Shown: positions 1 through 12,846, counted from the stretch's first letter. The stretch: DNA of 56,135 bases from Bigelowiella natans CCMP2755 (GCA_000320545.1 ADNK01002391.1:1-56135); one strand, 5' to 3'. A program made the numbers and translations. The notes: generated from the sequence alone by a model not told the origin.

Positions 1-93
1 TAACCCTAACCCTAACCCTAACCCTAACCCTAACCCTAACCCTAACCCTAACCCTAACCCTAACCCTAACCCTAACCCTAACCCTAACCCTAA
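1..93 (+). repeat. Telomeric repeat (CCCTAA)n / TTAGGG
   Basis: About 15 perfect TAACCC units at the very start of the window, C-rich strand in the orientation expected for a left chromosome end. Confidence 0.98.
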
Positions 94-385
94 ACTGGTC
101 CTGACTTGTTCTCCTCGTTTTATCCCTGGTCCCAATGCTGATCCCGGTGCTCATCCCACCCCTCACCCCAATCCTGGTCCAAACTCCTCACCAAAAACCG
201 TGACTTTGACCCTCATCCAAGCTCTGACCTGAAACCCTCACCACTCCATGTGACTTTGGTTCTCACTTTTGCCCTGAAAAAAACCCTTGTCGATTTTTGT
301 GACCAGTTTCCCTCACTTTGACCCTCGTTTCGACCGTCACTTTGGTCGTCGCTTTGGTCGTGGCCCAGGAGAAAACCCCAACCCT
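94..385 (+). repeat. Degenerate telomere-variant (subtelomeric) repeats
   Basis: Roughly 6-bp periodic C-rich variants (ccctca, cctggt, cctgac, ctttga) directly adjoining the telomere. Confidence 0.65.
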
Positions 386-476
386 GAACCTGACCCCCAA
401 ACCTGACCCCCAAACCTGACCCTCAAACCTGACCCCCAAACCTGACCCCCAAACCTGACCCCCAAACCTGACCCCC
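386..476 (+). repeat. 13-bp subtelomeric minisatellite (AAACCTGACCCCC) x~7
   Basis: Units start at 399, 412, 425, 438, 451 and 464, plus a partial unit before 399. Confidence 0.93.
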
Positions 477-519
477 ACTCAAACTCTGAGTCGCTGAATG
501 GAGCGTTTGTGTTTGAATC

Positions 520-1100
520 AAAAATTGAGGGTTTGCAAAGTCACAAAAAAAAATGCAAAGCCGCATGCAAAGCCGGAAGTGCCATGCCTAGCACAAGCGC
601 GCGCCCAACCCATCACGTTTGAGTGTTTTCTAGCGTCACCTGGAGTGGTGTCGCTGACAAATGCATCGTTTGTGCTGGGTGGGTTTGTTTGTTTTGGAAT
701 TGATTTTGTTTTGCCGACCTGTCGATTCAGGTCATTGCAATGCAAATGACATCTCAAGCAAGATTTGCATGCACATGTGTGTTGGGCGCGATGTCAGTTG
801 TCCACAATCCGTGAACTTCTTAACTTCAGTGATTGATCACAAAGGTGCAATTTTCGCGTGCAATGACGTGCATGACCGAACATGCTTGCCACATCGAATC
901 ACAATGAGCACGCGCAACGTGCACAGAACATCACAACATCAATGCCTAGATGACTGGATGAACTAAGGGGAAGAAGTGTTAAACGTCGAACAATGTCATC
1001 AGAAGTTGCTTCTTGATCGGGCACTTCATTCAAATGAATCCGCATGATGAATGGCACATCTGTACTTTTCTAGCTTTTAGCTGTGCGCACGCACATTAAA
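520..1100. other. Purine-pyrimidine palindrome-rich tract (3' of gene 1, telomere side)
   Basis: gcatgc, gcgcgc, tgcatgcacatgtgt, acgtgcatg, gtgcgcacgcac; no microsatellites. Confidence 0.65.
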
Positions 1101-1106
1101 GGTGAT

Positions 1107-1892
1107 TCATTTGAGAAATTCGTAACCAGAGAGATATGCAATTAACAAGCCAAAAAATCCAGGAAGAATCTGCAGAGAAATCGTTATGCTGTCAAATTGG
1201 TGTACTCCAATGGTCTGAAATGCGTTACCAATCCAGCTGCCAAAGAAACGAGAAATGGGACATCGTTTCTCTGTCCTATTGTTTCTAGCATGCTAAATCA
1301 ATTCAAAGAAACAAAACAGTCAAGCACGGTTTCGAAAAAGGAAAGAAACTAGATCTTGTATGGATTACTCTTCTCTTGCTTGTATTCTCTTCCGAACATT
1401 GTTATCCACTTGTGATGGTTCTGATTGAATATTCACATAATGAGAAACGTTACCAGATTTTCAACGTGAAACAATACGAAAGCTCCTGCCAGCGTCGTAT
1501 CCACCTTCCCGGAGTGACCTTGGACACAGAATGGGAATGGAATTGATAAGGAAAAAAGGTAAAACATCGAAGCGATTACACTACTACTACTACTGCTACT
1601 ACTACCACTACTACCTTGGTGCAGGCTGAGTAGGATCAGGATCTTGGACAGCTATAACTGTGGTTCTCGATGTTGTCACTCTATAAGGAAAGAATAGTGG
1701 AGTGTGAGGAAATAGAAATTCTGAGCAAAAATTTCATAGATTTATTCAAATATTTATGACCTTATTGCGTCCATTACAAAACGTAGACTGTTTAAGTTGA
1801 ATATGGTTTCATGTGAATCAAATCGTACATCGAGTACATGTCCATACACATTTCACAACGTATCATATTATCATCATCATCGTTAAAATCAT

Positions 1893-1932
<40 letters not shown>

Positions 1933-2136
1933 TGTGACCTTGTATTATCTTGAATATCCCATACTACATCTGGCCCTTGAATAGGATCCGAAATTGCAAG
2001 AAGTCGTTGCCCTTTTAATGAATGGTAGCATCACCCAATAACTTGCATTGCTATTATAAAATACTTTCATCATCATCATCATCATGTTTAGTACCTGGTT
2101 TTAGACCAAGGGGCTTCTGCACTACCTAACGGTAGT

Positions 2137-2169
<33 letters not shown>

Positions 2170-2202
2170 CCGCCAACAGTATTATATTTATACGTTGTGT
2201 AC

Positions 2203-2242
<40 letters not shown>

Positions 2243-2401
2243 ATTTGTTTTATTGTGCATATTTATCGAGAGATTTGCGATGTAAGGTAGGTATAATTAT
2301 CGTACATGTCATCTCTCTCACACATTCCTCTAATAAAAACAATACTAGGGTGTACGATTGTTCCAACTTGTACAGTTTTACTAAAACGATGAGTGGGAAG
2401 C

Positions 2402-2447
<46 letters not shown>

Positions 2448-3370
2448 CGAGAGAGAAAGAGAGAAAGAGAGACAGGTGTTACTTCCGATTCGCACAGCAT
2501 CGATTAGAATGATATTTTTTCCCTAGAAAAATACATGCAGCAGGTGTGCTGTAAGACATTTGTATATAGCAAAGAACACAGATAATGGGGAGAAGAAGAT
2601 TTGATGTGAATAAAGAAAAGGAAACAAAAGAAGAATATGTACTCATCATTACACCATAACACAACCTGCAAGTTTGCGGGTTGGAATCTCACAGACTTTC
2701 GTAGGGTCTGAGTATCGATGGCGATCTGCTTAAATTGCCAAGAATTATGATGCTGATTGATTGATGGGAGCAGCAGCAGCCTAAATATGTTTACCGTTTT
2801 CCGATTTGACTGATCCTCTGGTGATTGTTGCTGTGGCGGTGGTGTTGAAGACTCTGGTAATGACTTGTCGTCTTGCACTCCTTCACTAGGAAGTGGTAAG
2901 GAGGAAGGAGGACAAAGAGGAAGTAGGAGGATTATCAAGTAATTGAAACAAGTCATATCAACACAATCTCAAATAGCCAAATTCATCGATGGGCGTTTCC
3001 ATGTAAGTCTGTTTCGTGTTAAGAGCAGCAAGAGCACGTACGATGATGGAGATTACCGCATGCTATTGGAAGTTGTAGAAGATTTGCGGTTGTTCCTCCT
3101 CAATGCAAGATGATGCGGCAATACGATGATGTCTTTGGAGGAAATACGATGATGAGGCATTCGACGAATGTTATTGCAGGAAAGTAGAGGAAAAGAAGGT
3201 GATACTCGCAATAATTGTAAACGAGAATGCGGTGCTCTTAGGCTGGAACCCATGACATACGACGCTGGTCGAAAGTAGAAGCTGTTTACAACTATTGTCA
3301 TCGCAACGAACAGAAAGACGGTTGCCACGGCCGGCATACGTTGCTGGGCCCAAGCCCCCATTTTCCTCAT
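1107..3370 (-). CDS. Plastid-targeted PDZ-like protein with C-terminal transmembrane helix (about 12 exons)
   Basis: Exon 1 has a hydrophobic signal (AVATVFLFVAMTIVV) and an S/R-rich transit-like peptide. Spliced exons read KNIILIDAVRIG..LGLKPGQRLLAISDP (PDZ-like), SLRFVMDAIR and RNDVPFLVSLAAGLILPGFFGLLIAYLSGYEFLK*. Borders are GT-AG; there is one frame problem at 2110-2113. Confidence 0.75.
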
Positions 3371-3683
3371 CGCTATTGAGGAAGGAAGACTACAGAATTT
3401 CGTTCTGTTTTTTGTTCTTTCGTTTGTTCTCTTCGAGGGGATGGGTGCTCTTTTAGGACACGTGTCAGTCCGAGCCGGATGATCAGAAATGATGTTACAT
3501 GTTGTTGGTTATGTTGTTGTTATTTTGTGAAATATTGTTGAACCGAATAGTACTAATATCATTCTCATTTCATGATGATGATGATAAGGTGATTCATGCT
3601 GAACTGTTGATTATTAATGAAATTAGTTTTTCTATTATATAGATGTTTCCAGTGCTAAAAATGTTCTAAATTAATCATATTTC

Positions 3684-5996
3684 ATGGAGGTAAGCGGCAT
3701 GGAGTTCCTTGTGCAACAGGTATGGGGAGGACCTAAGAGCTTTGCGGTGAGTCTTGAACATCTTGGCGAAGAAAGAAATCATCAACTCACGGGACCAAAT
3801 CAACTTAAAGGATTTTCGTTTCGCGGAACTTAATTCTGTGGCGGAGATGGTGGGAGCGGCCTCACCTGTGATTGATGAGAAGAATGTTGACGTCGGCTCG
3901 CCGTTCGTGATGGTCTAATTTCCTTTTCATGGGCGAATAATGCTACTCTCTTATTCTTCCTAATGATCATTGAAGGCACGACTTGACAGTATTGAAATGG
4001 CTACCGAAGTAGCTAAACGGTGTGTCATGATAAAGAATATCCACGAAGTCTGGGGGAATGGAGATTCAGTAATACATGAGATAGATGTAGTAAACTGGTA
4101 GTTGTGGTTTATATGTTTTTTGTTGAATTTGTCCGATCTATTAGCTCGAAGCAGCGCTTAAGAAAGCCAAAACATATGTTGAAGAAGTAAGTTATTTTTC
4201 ACCAGATGAGTCTGGTATGTTCAGAATCAAATCGCAATAATAAACTATTCTTAGAACAAGGCACATGTTGACCGCTTCATGCATAATGAAACATTTGCCG
4301 TACGTGTCAACGGTTTCGGTCACACGTACTCAGTACAAGAACAAAGAAAGGTGATGGAACCTTTCCTACAGCTTGGATGGACTGCAAAGGTAGGTGATTA
4401 CTATTATTATTACCAATGAGAGAGACCACCAGCACCTCAACACCCCAGCACCACCACCACTACTACTACTGCTGCTACAACTCTACTTACCAACCATTCT
4501 GGAACCTACTACCAGCTTTCCCTGCAGTAGCAAGTTATCTCACCCTCTTTGTTTTATTTCCCTGCTTCTATCACCATGACTTAGGTTAATTTGAAGAACC
4601 CAAAAAACATATTTTGGGTGTTTACCGATCATGGACATCAAGAAGGGCATTTCAAGACCGCAGGGAATAGTCCATCAAAGGCAGCAATACTAATAAAAGA
4701 AAAATAAATTAACCCCTCACAACTAGTATGATTGTTCAAAATAAGTAGTATGAAATGTTGGTGCTCTTGTTCAGGTCTGGTTTTGCAGACAAATAAGCGA
4801 AGGGATGAGAAGCATGGGTACTACAACTTGTTTTAACATTATTTTCCTTATCAACTATTTAAGAGAGAGGTCGGGTAGTCGTAGTAGGTTGCTCCCATCA
4901 AGTTGAATGCCTTCTTCTTCTTCTTCTTCTTCTTCTTCTTCTTCTCCTTTTATGCCATCTGACAGGAGTATTACCCTTCTTCTTCTTCTTCTTCTTCTTC
5001 TTCTTTTATGCCATCAACAGGAGTATTACCCCGCTTTTCATTGAAGACGAGACCGTTTATAGGACCAACCTCTACATGTAATAATACTAATACTACTAAT
5101 AATAATAATAAGAAGAAGAAATGTCGAGGCAAACTGAATCACACTTGATTTTACCAAACAATATTCGAATGTATGCGTAATCTAAGGTGCAGAACTAGCA
5201 TTTCTTATGGCAAATCAAGGACAAGTAATATTATATCATCATCCAATACTTGTTACTTAGTTCAGTCGGCCTTTTCATTTATAAAAGCAATTCAGATTTT
5301 TCTTATTATTCTTTTGCACATGATGATTTTATCATGAATGAATGACTCTACTACTTTTGATTAGGTTCGAAATGGATCTTTGGTGTTTGACCCGTTCGTA
5401 GGTAAACATATTGCATTTTCACAAATAAAGCAGCAGCAGCAGCAGCAGTAGTAGTAGCAGCAGCAGCTCCAAAATCAATTAAGGAAATTTGTACCAACAA
5501 ATGCAAGCAGGACAGCGATGAAAATAGTTGATTTTGTTGTACGAGGTGATAATGTGGTTTATTAAGATCGAATTTGAGCTCGATGGTTGATGTTTTAGGG
5601 ACTGCATCTCTTCTTGTGGCTTCTAGTTATTTTGGTATCATTACAACTTGGAATATAAAGAGAAATTATTTATTTATTCCAGCAATATTTTTGTAAGAAA
5701 ACTTTAGTGTCATTCATTTGTGAACAACTTTCTCTAGCTTTCATGTGTTCTTATTTGATCCTTACTAATTCTGATAATTCATTAACTTCCCTTTGATGTT
5801 TCAGGAGCTTTTTGTGTTGGCATGGATAGGGATTACTGTCTTTTACATAGTAAAGTACACAAGGTGAGTTGAAGTTGTGAGCGTATGATATACATACTTC
5901 TGAGTGAATAAAAGATCTAGTTGTTAAATTAAATAAGATTTATATAAAATATAGAATTTTAATTATAATACGCACACACACACACACACACACACT

Positions 5997-6044
<48 letters not shown>

Positions 6045-6249
6045 TTTACATGTAATATTCATCATTGTCTATTTGTTCTATTGCTGTGCAAATTTGTGTA
6101 TTATCGGCTGTAAGCTGGTGCAGTTGCCAAATTGTGACTAATTGGGATGTGTTTGATTTTTACATTAGCCAAAAGCACGACAGAAAGACCTTTTCGTCAA
6201 CTTCAAGTTTGTACAATTTCAACTGTTGATTATGATTAATTTAGCTTAG

Positions 6250-6298
<49 letters not shown>

Positions 6299-6434
6299 CA
6301 AGTTTTGACAAAGAAGTTAAATGATGTAGAGAATGAGGTTGTAAATGATCATTTGCATATTGTTATATTAGGTACTATGGCCTAGGAAAACCGGAGATAG
6401 TGTGCGGGGACAATGCATTTCCACCATGGTAGTG

Positions 6435-6465
<31 letters not shown>

Positions 6466-6481
6466 TAGTGGTGGCAGTAGT

Positions 6482-6512
<31 letters not shown>

Positions 6513-7554
6513 TAGCAGTGTAGTAGTGGTGGTTGAGTGTAGGAGTAATAGTGGTAGTAGCAGTGTAGTAGTGGTGGTTGAGTGTAGTAGTAGTAATAGT
6601 GGTAGTAGCATTGGCAGCAACACCAGCAATAGAAGGTATAGTACGATCAACACTAGCAAACACATCCTTTCCTGCATCATTTTCATCATAATCATCATCA
6701 TCATCATCATCATCATCACCATCATCATCATTAGCGACTGAGATTATCATGATGATGATCATCATTGTTATTAGGGTACAGAGAGAAATGGTGGATGCAA
6801 TAATATGCGATCCACCTTATGGAGTGCGTGCAGGAGCCCGGAGGTGACCTGCTACCTTAGATTTTCATCCTCACGTTACTACAAGCGTTAGAATGAATAG
6901 TAGTACCGTTTTCACTGCGGATGGTACACTATCATCATTATTTTTAAGTATTTCCTCCTGCGCCTCCTCCCACTACTGCTACTGCTACAACTATTATTAA
7001 ATTAGTATTATTGTTGCTTTTATTCATTCGATTAACAGAACAGGGAGTCGTAAGGCTCATCAAGGCAAGAAAGTATGTTAAAGATGACAATAATACGATT
7101 GCTCCAATAATATTAAGAAGTGATGGTGAATGTAGATCATGATAAAAAGTTATTCTAATTTGTGTGTTGTAGGCCAATGATGTAGACATATGGAAGTATG
7201 GTAAGAAGCATGTACCATCATCAATCCCATACCCAGGTCATATATTCAGTACTCACTCCTGAGTAGTATTAACCTGCTGTAGCAGCAAACGTTACAAATT
7301 TTAATGTACAATCAAGGCATTTTATCATGAGCCCCTTATGATAATATAGTTGAGGACGTTATGGCGGATTTGCTGGATGTTGCGGCTGAGTATTTGGTAA
7401 TAATAGTTAGTGTATTAATGGTAGTAGTAGCAGTAGTAGTAGTTCATTTTTATGAAACAAATCATAGTAAATAAATGATGATGAGATAATCTTGTATGGC
7501 ACTGACCCAAGAAAAAATATATATATCGGATGCGTAATAAGAATATGATTCTTT

Positions 7555-7589
<35 letters not shown>

Positions 7590-8491
7590 TTTGTTCACTT
7601 TGTCATCATAAGACATACGTGCACGGTAGTAGTAGTAGGAGTAGTATCTTTATACTTAGTCATGAGACATAAGTGCATGTGGTGAGCATCTTTCTAACTG
7701 TACTATGCGCTGCTTAGGTATTGGGTGGCCGTTTGGTTTATTTGCTTCCAACAGTCGGTAAATTCTACTGCTTACTCGTCTTAAGCCGCTTTCTTTCCCA
7801 CTTTCTTCTTTCTCTTCTTCTTCTTCTTCTTCTTCTTCTTCAACATGATGATGAGTTCAATCTAAAAGCGTCCTTGCCACCGCCCAGCCAATCCTTAGTA
7901 CACTACTACTTCTTCTTCTATTACTACTATTACCATGCAGGTGACTTCGATTCGTCAAAACTGCCGACACATCCTTGTTTATCATTGATAGCACATTCCT
8001 CTCAGGTAGATTCAGGATGCTTCTCTTTTAGTTATGCCGATGATGAGTATTAAATTCTTCCACATTGCTACTGCTTCACCGATTTTGTTAGGCCCTAACA
8101 GGTGGGTTTGACCGCCGTTGTATAACTATGAAAAAGAGCAGAAAATGGGAACCTTCACTAAAAGCTACGAGGAGGGTATGCACAAGACATTAACAACCAC
8201 ACTTGTTCATTACATCGCACTTTACGTTGTTGAATCATTCAAATCTTGCTTGTTACACAGGATAAATCCTCTGAGCCGGCTCCGTGCTACGCCGACGTGG
8301 CAGCTCATGTATTTAGAAAGCAACCATCGGCTTCTACGTCAACAAAAGGTGAAGAAAGAAAGAAGCAGTATGAGAAAAAAGAAGATATAGATCCCCGAGA
8401 GAAACGAGAAAAGTCTTCAGAGATTTATAAGGTCAACAACAGCGAAGGTCTTCCACTTACTAACCCATCGAAAAAGATGAGACAATCATGA
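3684..8491 (+). CDS. TRMT11: tRNA (guanine-10-N2)-methyltransferase Trm11 (about 20 exons)
   Basis: Spliced motifs DFRFAELNS, RCVMIKNIHEVWG, VNLKNP, RPFIGPTSTCAELAFLMANQG, VFDPFVGTASLL (SAM motif I), DAIICDPPYGVRAG, GGRLVYLLP and PTHPCLSL. Start is ATG 3684 or the in-frame ATG 3699. Confidence 0.95.
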
Positions 8492-8499
8492 CTATTATG

Positions 8500-8990
8500 T
8501 CAATGCTCAAATGCGTGTAATATGTGAGTGACTTATTTAGTGCACAAACACAGTTGTGTTTGACGCATCATAACACGCTATGGTTGCTGAACAACGAACA
8601 TGCATGAAACCTGCCTGTTCTGATGACGGTGTGTATATGAAGCAATAAGTAAGTATTCTAATGCTGCACTCCTCAGCATGCATCTGTACTGAAGAGCAAA
8701 ATACGTGTGCGTATATCAGAGCCTAGCTAGCGTGATTACCTATAGCGCTTCTTTTACCACCCATTAAGATAGTACGCGCTATTGCCACAACATGCGCCAA
8801 TGCAGCACTACAGGTGCAAAATTTATCGCATTGGATTTTTTATGTGATGTGTAAATGATTATTAGAAATAGCAAGCTAGCAAGAATCCTGCACAAAATGT
8901 ATGTTGATTTCGCATCGGACACTTCCATGCAGGTGGTCATATTACTTAAGGATCATGCGTATGCATAGACGACTACTCCCTCGCTATCTA
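8500..8990. other. Palindrome-rich convergent-junction tract (TRMT11 / gene 3)
   Basis: acatgcatg, gcatgcatc, ctagctagc, tacgcgct, atgcgtatgcat. Confidence 0.7.
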
Positions 8991-8999
8991 CTAGCTATG

Positions 9000-10261
9000 T
9001 GATAACAATGTATCTTGAAAATCAATATTTGGTTAAAAAATCGTATGAATGATTGCATCATCCTCAAATATATTTTGATATTGATAAAGAAAATCGAAAA
9101 ATCTTGGCTGATAGACCCTTTCACAATATTCGTATAAAGATTTAATATATTTAGACGATGGTTTCCAACCAACATTGTTATTTTAATGTTTCAGTTATTA
9201 CAGCTTGTTGTCCTTTTCCTCCATTCTATCCTCCCATATTTTGAGTACTTTTCGTATTCTCATTTTAGTTGCAGCTTTGGAAAAATAGCCAGTAACTCGG
9301 GGAATGATGTCCTAGTAGGAAAAACATGCATGGGTATATTATACGATGCACATCGTTTGTGAAAGTAGAAGACAAATATACAAATGCATGGCTATGTTAT
9401 ATGATGCACATCGTTTGTGAAAGTAGTTGACAAATATACAACGCCATTGCATAATGATATATATAATATAAATATATATATATGTCAGCCCATATTTGTC
9501 TTTAATATGAGCCCGTATACACTATTATAAATGTGTGTTAGTGTCCATCACTACCTTTTCGTCTGGATCTAAAAATCTGATTACTGGTTCACCCCATTGC
9601 TTTTCTCCCATTTTTGCAACGATCTTTTTGTCATGTCCACCTATTGCACAATTGTGTGAATTGTTAAATTATATCTTACTTTTACATTATATTGATTGAT
9701 CACCTGCAGTATTATTTTGTATAAGTAGTGGGACAAATTCACCTTTTGGATGAAATCTTAAATTAAGTTAATACTTTATCTAAGACAATGACTACGTACT
9801 CTCCAACTGCCTGACGAGTTCCATATCGCTGAAGACCATCTTTCCCATCCATCGGCACTTCTTCCCTCCTGGAATATCCTACCAAAATGCGATTGAATAT
9901 ATACATTTCTGCAAACTAGTTTTGATATTTTAGTGGGATAATCTTCTCTCATGGCTTAAGGTCAATCTATCCAAATTTGTGTTTCATACAATTACTAGCA
10001 TGAAGACTGGGCTTCCGCCTTTCAGCTGAGGCTGAAAAGGCATTATCAAACTCTGAGCCTCGCATCCATTTAACTAGGCCTAGTTCTTTATCTTGTTCCT
10101 TTATAAAAATTAAAATAATGTTTGGATTCGCCTTGATCAATCCACACATTTCGGATGATTGCCTTTCTTTGGCGCATGTCCTCCTTTTCTGCATGCTCCG
10201 CCTCGAGCATCTCCGCCATCTTCCGTGCTTCTTTGCGGCTTTTACTGTGACTACAACCCAT
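9000..10261 (-). CDS. Uncharacterised spliced protein with N-terminal MGCxxS dual-acylation motif (3' end approximate)
   Basis: MGCSHSKSRKEARKMAEMLEAEHAEKEDMRQRK | EQDKELGLVKWMRGSEFDNAF... | MREDYPTKISKLVCRN | DIPGGKKCRWMGKMVFSDMELVRQLE, then further AG/GT-bounded exons. No family recognised. Confidence 0.6.
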
Positions 10262-10674
10262 AGGATCGTTTGTTTCCCCTTTTCCTTCTTCTTCTTCTTC
10301 TTCTTCTTCTTCTTCTTCTTCTTCCTGGATGATTGGGGGTTGCGCGGTAGTCTTTGTTGTGCTCTTCTTCTCTTGATGATTTAGACTACCGGCATCCAGT
10401 AGTAAGTTTTACCAGTGGATGCTTGTCGCAACCCAAGTGTGACCTTCCATTCAAGGAACATTCTTACTTGTACGTGATTGACCTAAGTTTTCATGATCGT
10501 CATCGGTAGTATTGTTGTCGTACTGATAAATTGGATGATGCTATTATTGTCATTAGTACACAAGCGATCTCGTCGAAAACGATGCCTCTCCCTCACCATG
10601 GAAGCTCGCTGATCTCATAGCCTTCCCTTCCTGTCATCGGTGACCCCTGACGACTACGACTGTGGGCACCAGAG

Positions 10675-11920
10675 ATGCGAAATATTCCTATCCAACAATT
10701 GCTGTGGTGGCTCTCTCTCGCCCTCCCCTTAGCAAGCAGCCATGTCGACAGAAATGGGGCCCCGACGGTGACGGGAGAGAGGTATAGCAAACAAAGTCAG
10801 CAGATACACCTGCGCCACCACACCCTTCATGTAAAGAAGGGATTTGGTATGTTGAAAAAGCACCCCAAAGTAATGGAAGACAAAAAACAACATGGTCATT
10901 ATCATGGCAACCATCATCAACACCTTGAGGAATTAATGGGGGGCGTCGATGCAGTCCATCTTCTACCGAAACATATCCGATCAGAATCAAAGCTTAATCT
11001 TCTCCATGCAGATGCCATTAGTTTACACAGTTACCATAATCACACTAAAGCGGCCTGGATTGTGACACTCAAAGGTGCCGAAATAATCAAATATGTTATA
11101 TATTGTTATTCGTATTCTGAGAAGCTTCCTTCCTTTGATGATATGGCCGTTTTTATTGCGAACAATGATTAGGCCCTATTGACACAAGGAAACGAGAGAG
11201 ACTCGAGGAGCACTGCCATAGAAAAATAGCTGGTGTACTAAATAATGAAGGAGATATAGCTGATGCTCATCAGATCTGCTCCATAAGGGCTTATATCCCT
11301 GATAACAGCTTTCTAATCGTGGGACCTATAACCGATTCATTTCATGGTTATCTTCACTCATTTCCTGAAACCATATTTACAACTCTCTTGCATCCAGCCT
11401 ACAAAGCTCACAAATCCCTTCTCGAGAGCCCCGCAGTAACTGAAGAAGCTCAAAACGATTCGATTAGCGATGACGAAGCTAGCAGCAATATTGAGCTAAC
11501 TGCTCATCTTGACTCTTTTCTTGTGCATCATTATTATGGTGGAGGACAGAAGAACTACTTTGTGGCTAAGCTTAAGGAACAATTAATCGCCTCAATACAA
11601 ACTATGAATCTGATGAAAAATGATCATCACAAAACAACTGCCGTCGGTGATACTACGACATTGGGACTAGTACTAAATTCGACAATGTTTCGAGTTATAA
11701 TAACCCCAAAAGCAAGATCCAAATCAATGCCTTCAACCCATAAACGGAGGACGGACAATGTGTCCCATCACCACCACCATCATCATCATCATCATCATGA
11801 AGGCACATACAACTATCACAGGCTCATCATCACAACACCTAAATCCATTGGGGACAAAGTTGTGTATTTTTTAATGAAACAACCTATGGTGCTTACGGTG
11901 ATGAGGAGGAAAAAGGTGAT

Positions 11921-11996
<76 letters not shown>

Positions 11997-12063
11997 GAGA
12001 GAGAGAGAGAGAGAGAAAAAAACAGGGATCCTCATCATCGCAGCAACTACTGATACTACCTAC

Positions 12064-12105
<42 letters not shown>

Positions 12106-12815
12106 GGTACTGCTACTACCACTAGGTGAAGCTTTCAAATCGTTTCGCAAGTTACGTTGCTCAGTCCGCGTCCCCCACACAAGGAACAAGTTCAGTGTCT
12201 CTACATACTATTATTATTATTATTATTATTATTATTCATTTTTTTTTGCATTAAATCAATGCTCTTGTTCACTCATCATGTTGATGACAAAGAGTGCAAT
12301 ATCATAGTTGGCTGCTATTATCACGATTATTCTCTATATTTATGAAACAATAAACATTGCTTCCTGAAGATTCAATGTTGATTCATTGATTCACCCATTT
12401 ATCGTTGTGTACTATAACTCCTTCTTATAGGCATATGGGATCTTGGTTTGAGAGGTGAAGGACAGATTATTGCAGTTGCTGATACAGGAATAGATTTTGA
12501 CAATTGCTGGTTTAGAGACCCAGATCGTGAAGTAATCAATTCATTACTAGAACAACAACAACATCAACAACAACAACACCACATTCTATAACGATATAGA
12601 GTAGAGACAACAGGTGATGATGATGATAATGATAATGATGATGATGATGAGAATACTGATGATGATGGCAAGGAGGACCAGGAAAGAATCGATTAATACA
12701 CACACATACACACACACACACACACACATCACAACTGATTCTCCACTCGCCTCCTTTCATTTATGTACTGACTATCGAATTTGTTGCTGCAATTGCGTAT
12801 GTATACGCTGTTCTC

Positions 12816-12846
<31 letters not shown>

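Noticed and set aside
2010-2050. In-frame TGA suggesting stop-codon reassignment or selenocysteine in gene 1
   Set aside because: Using the AAAAG acceptor at ~2012 removes it and gives GLKPGQRLL. TAA, TAG and TGA all terminate genes normally in this window.
3457-3466. GACACGTGTC palindrome as a universal bidirectional promoter element
   Set aside because: A similar CACGTG was seen near only one other divergent region (~41165), and the hexamer is common in the palindrome tracts.
6375-6765. Poly-amino-acid ORFs (poly-L/T/Y/S/M, ERERER, CVCVCV) here and throughout the track
   Set aside because: They are translations of intronic microsatellites; the real exons are short and spliced around them.
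10160-10261. G-protein alpha subunit, from the MGC start
   Set aside because: No GxGESGKS P-loop or DVGGQ motif was found in downstream exons.
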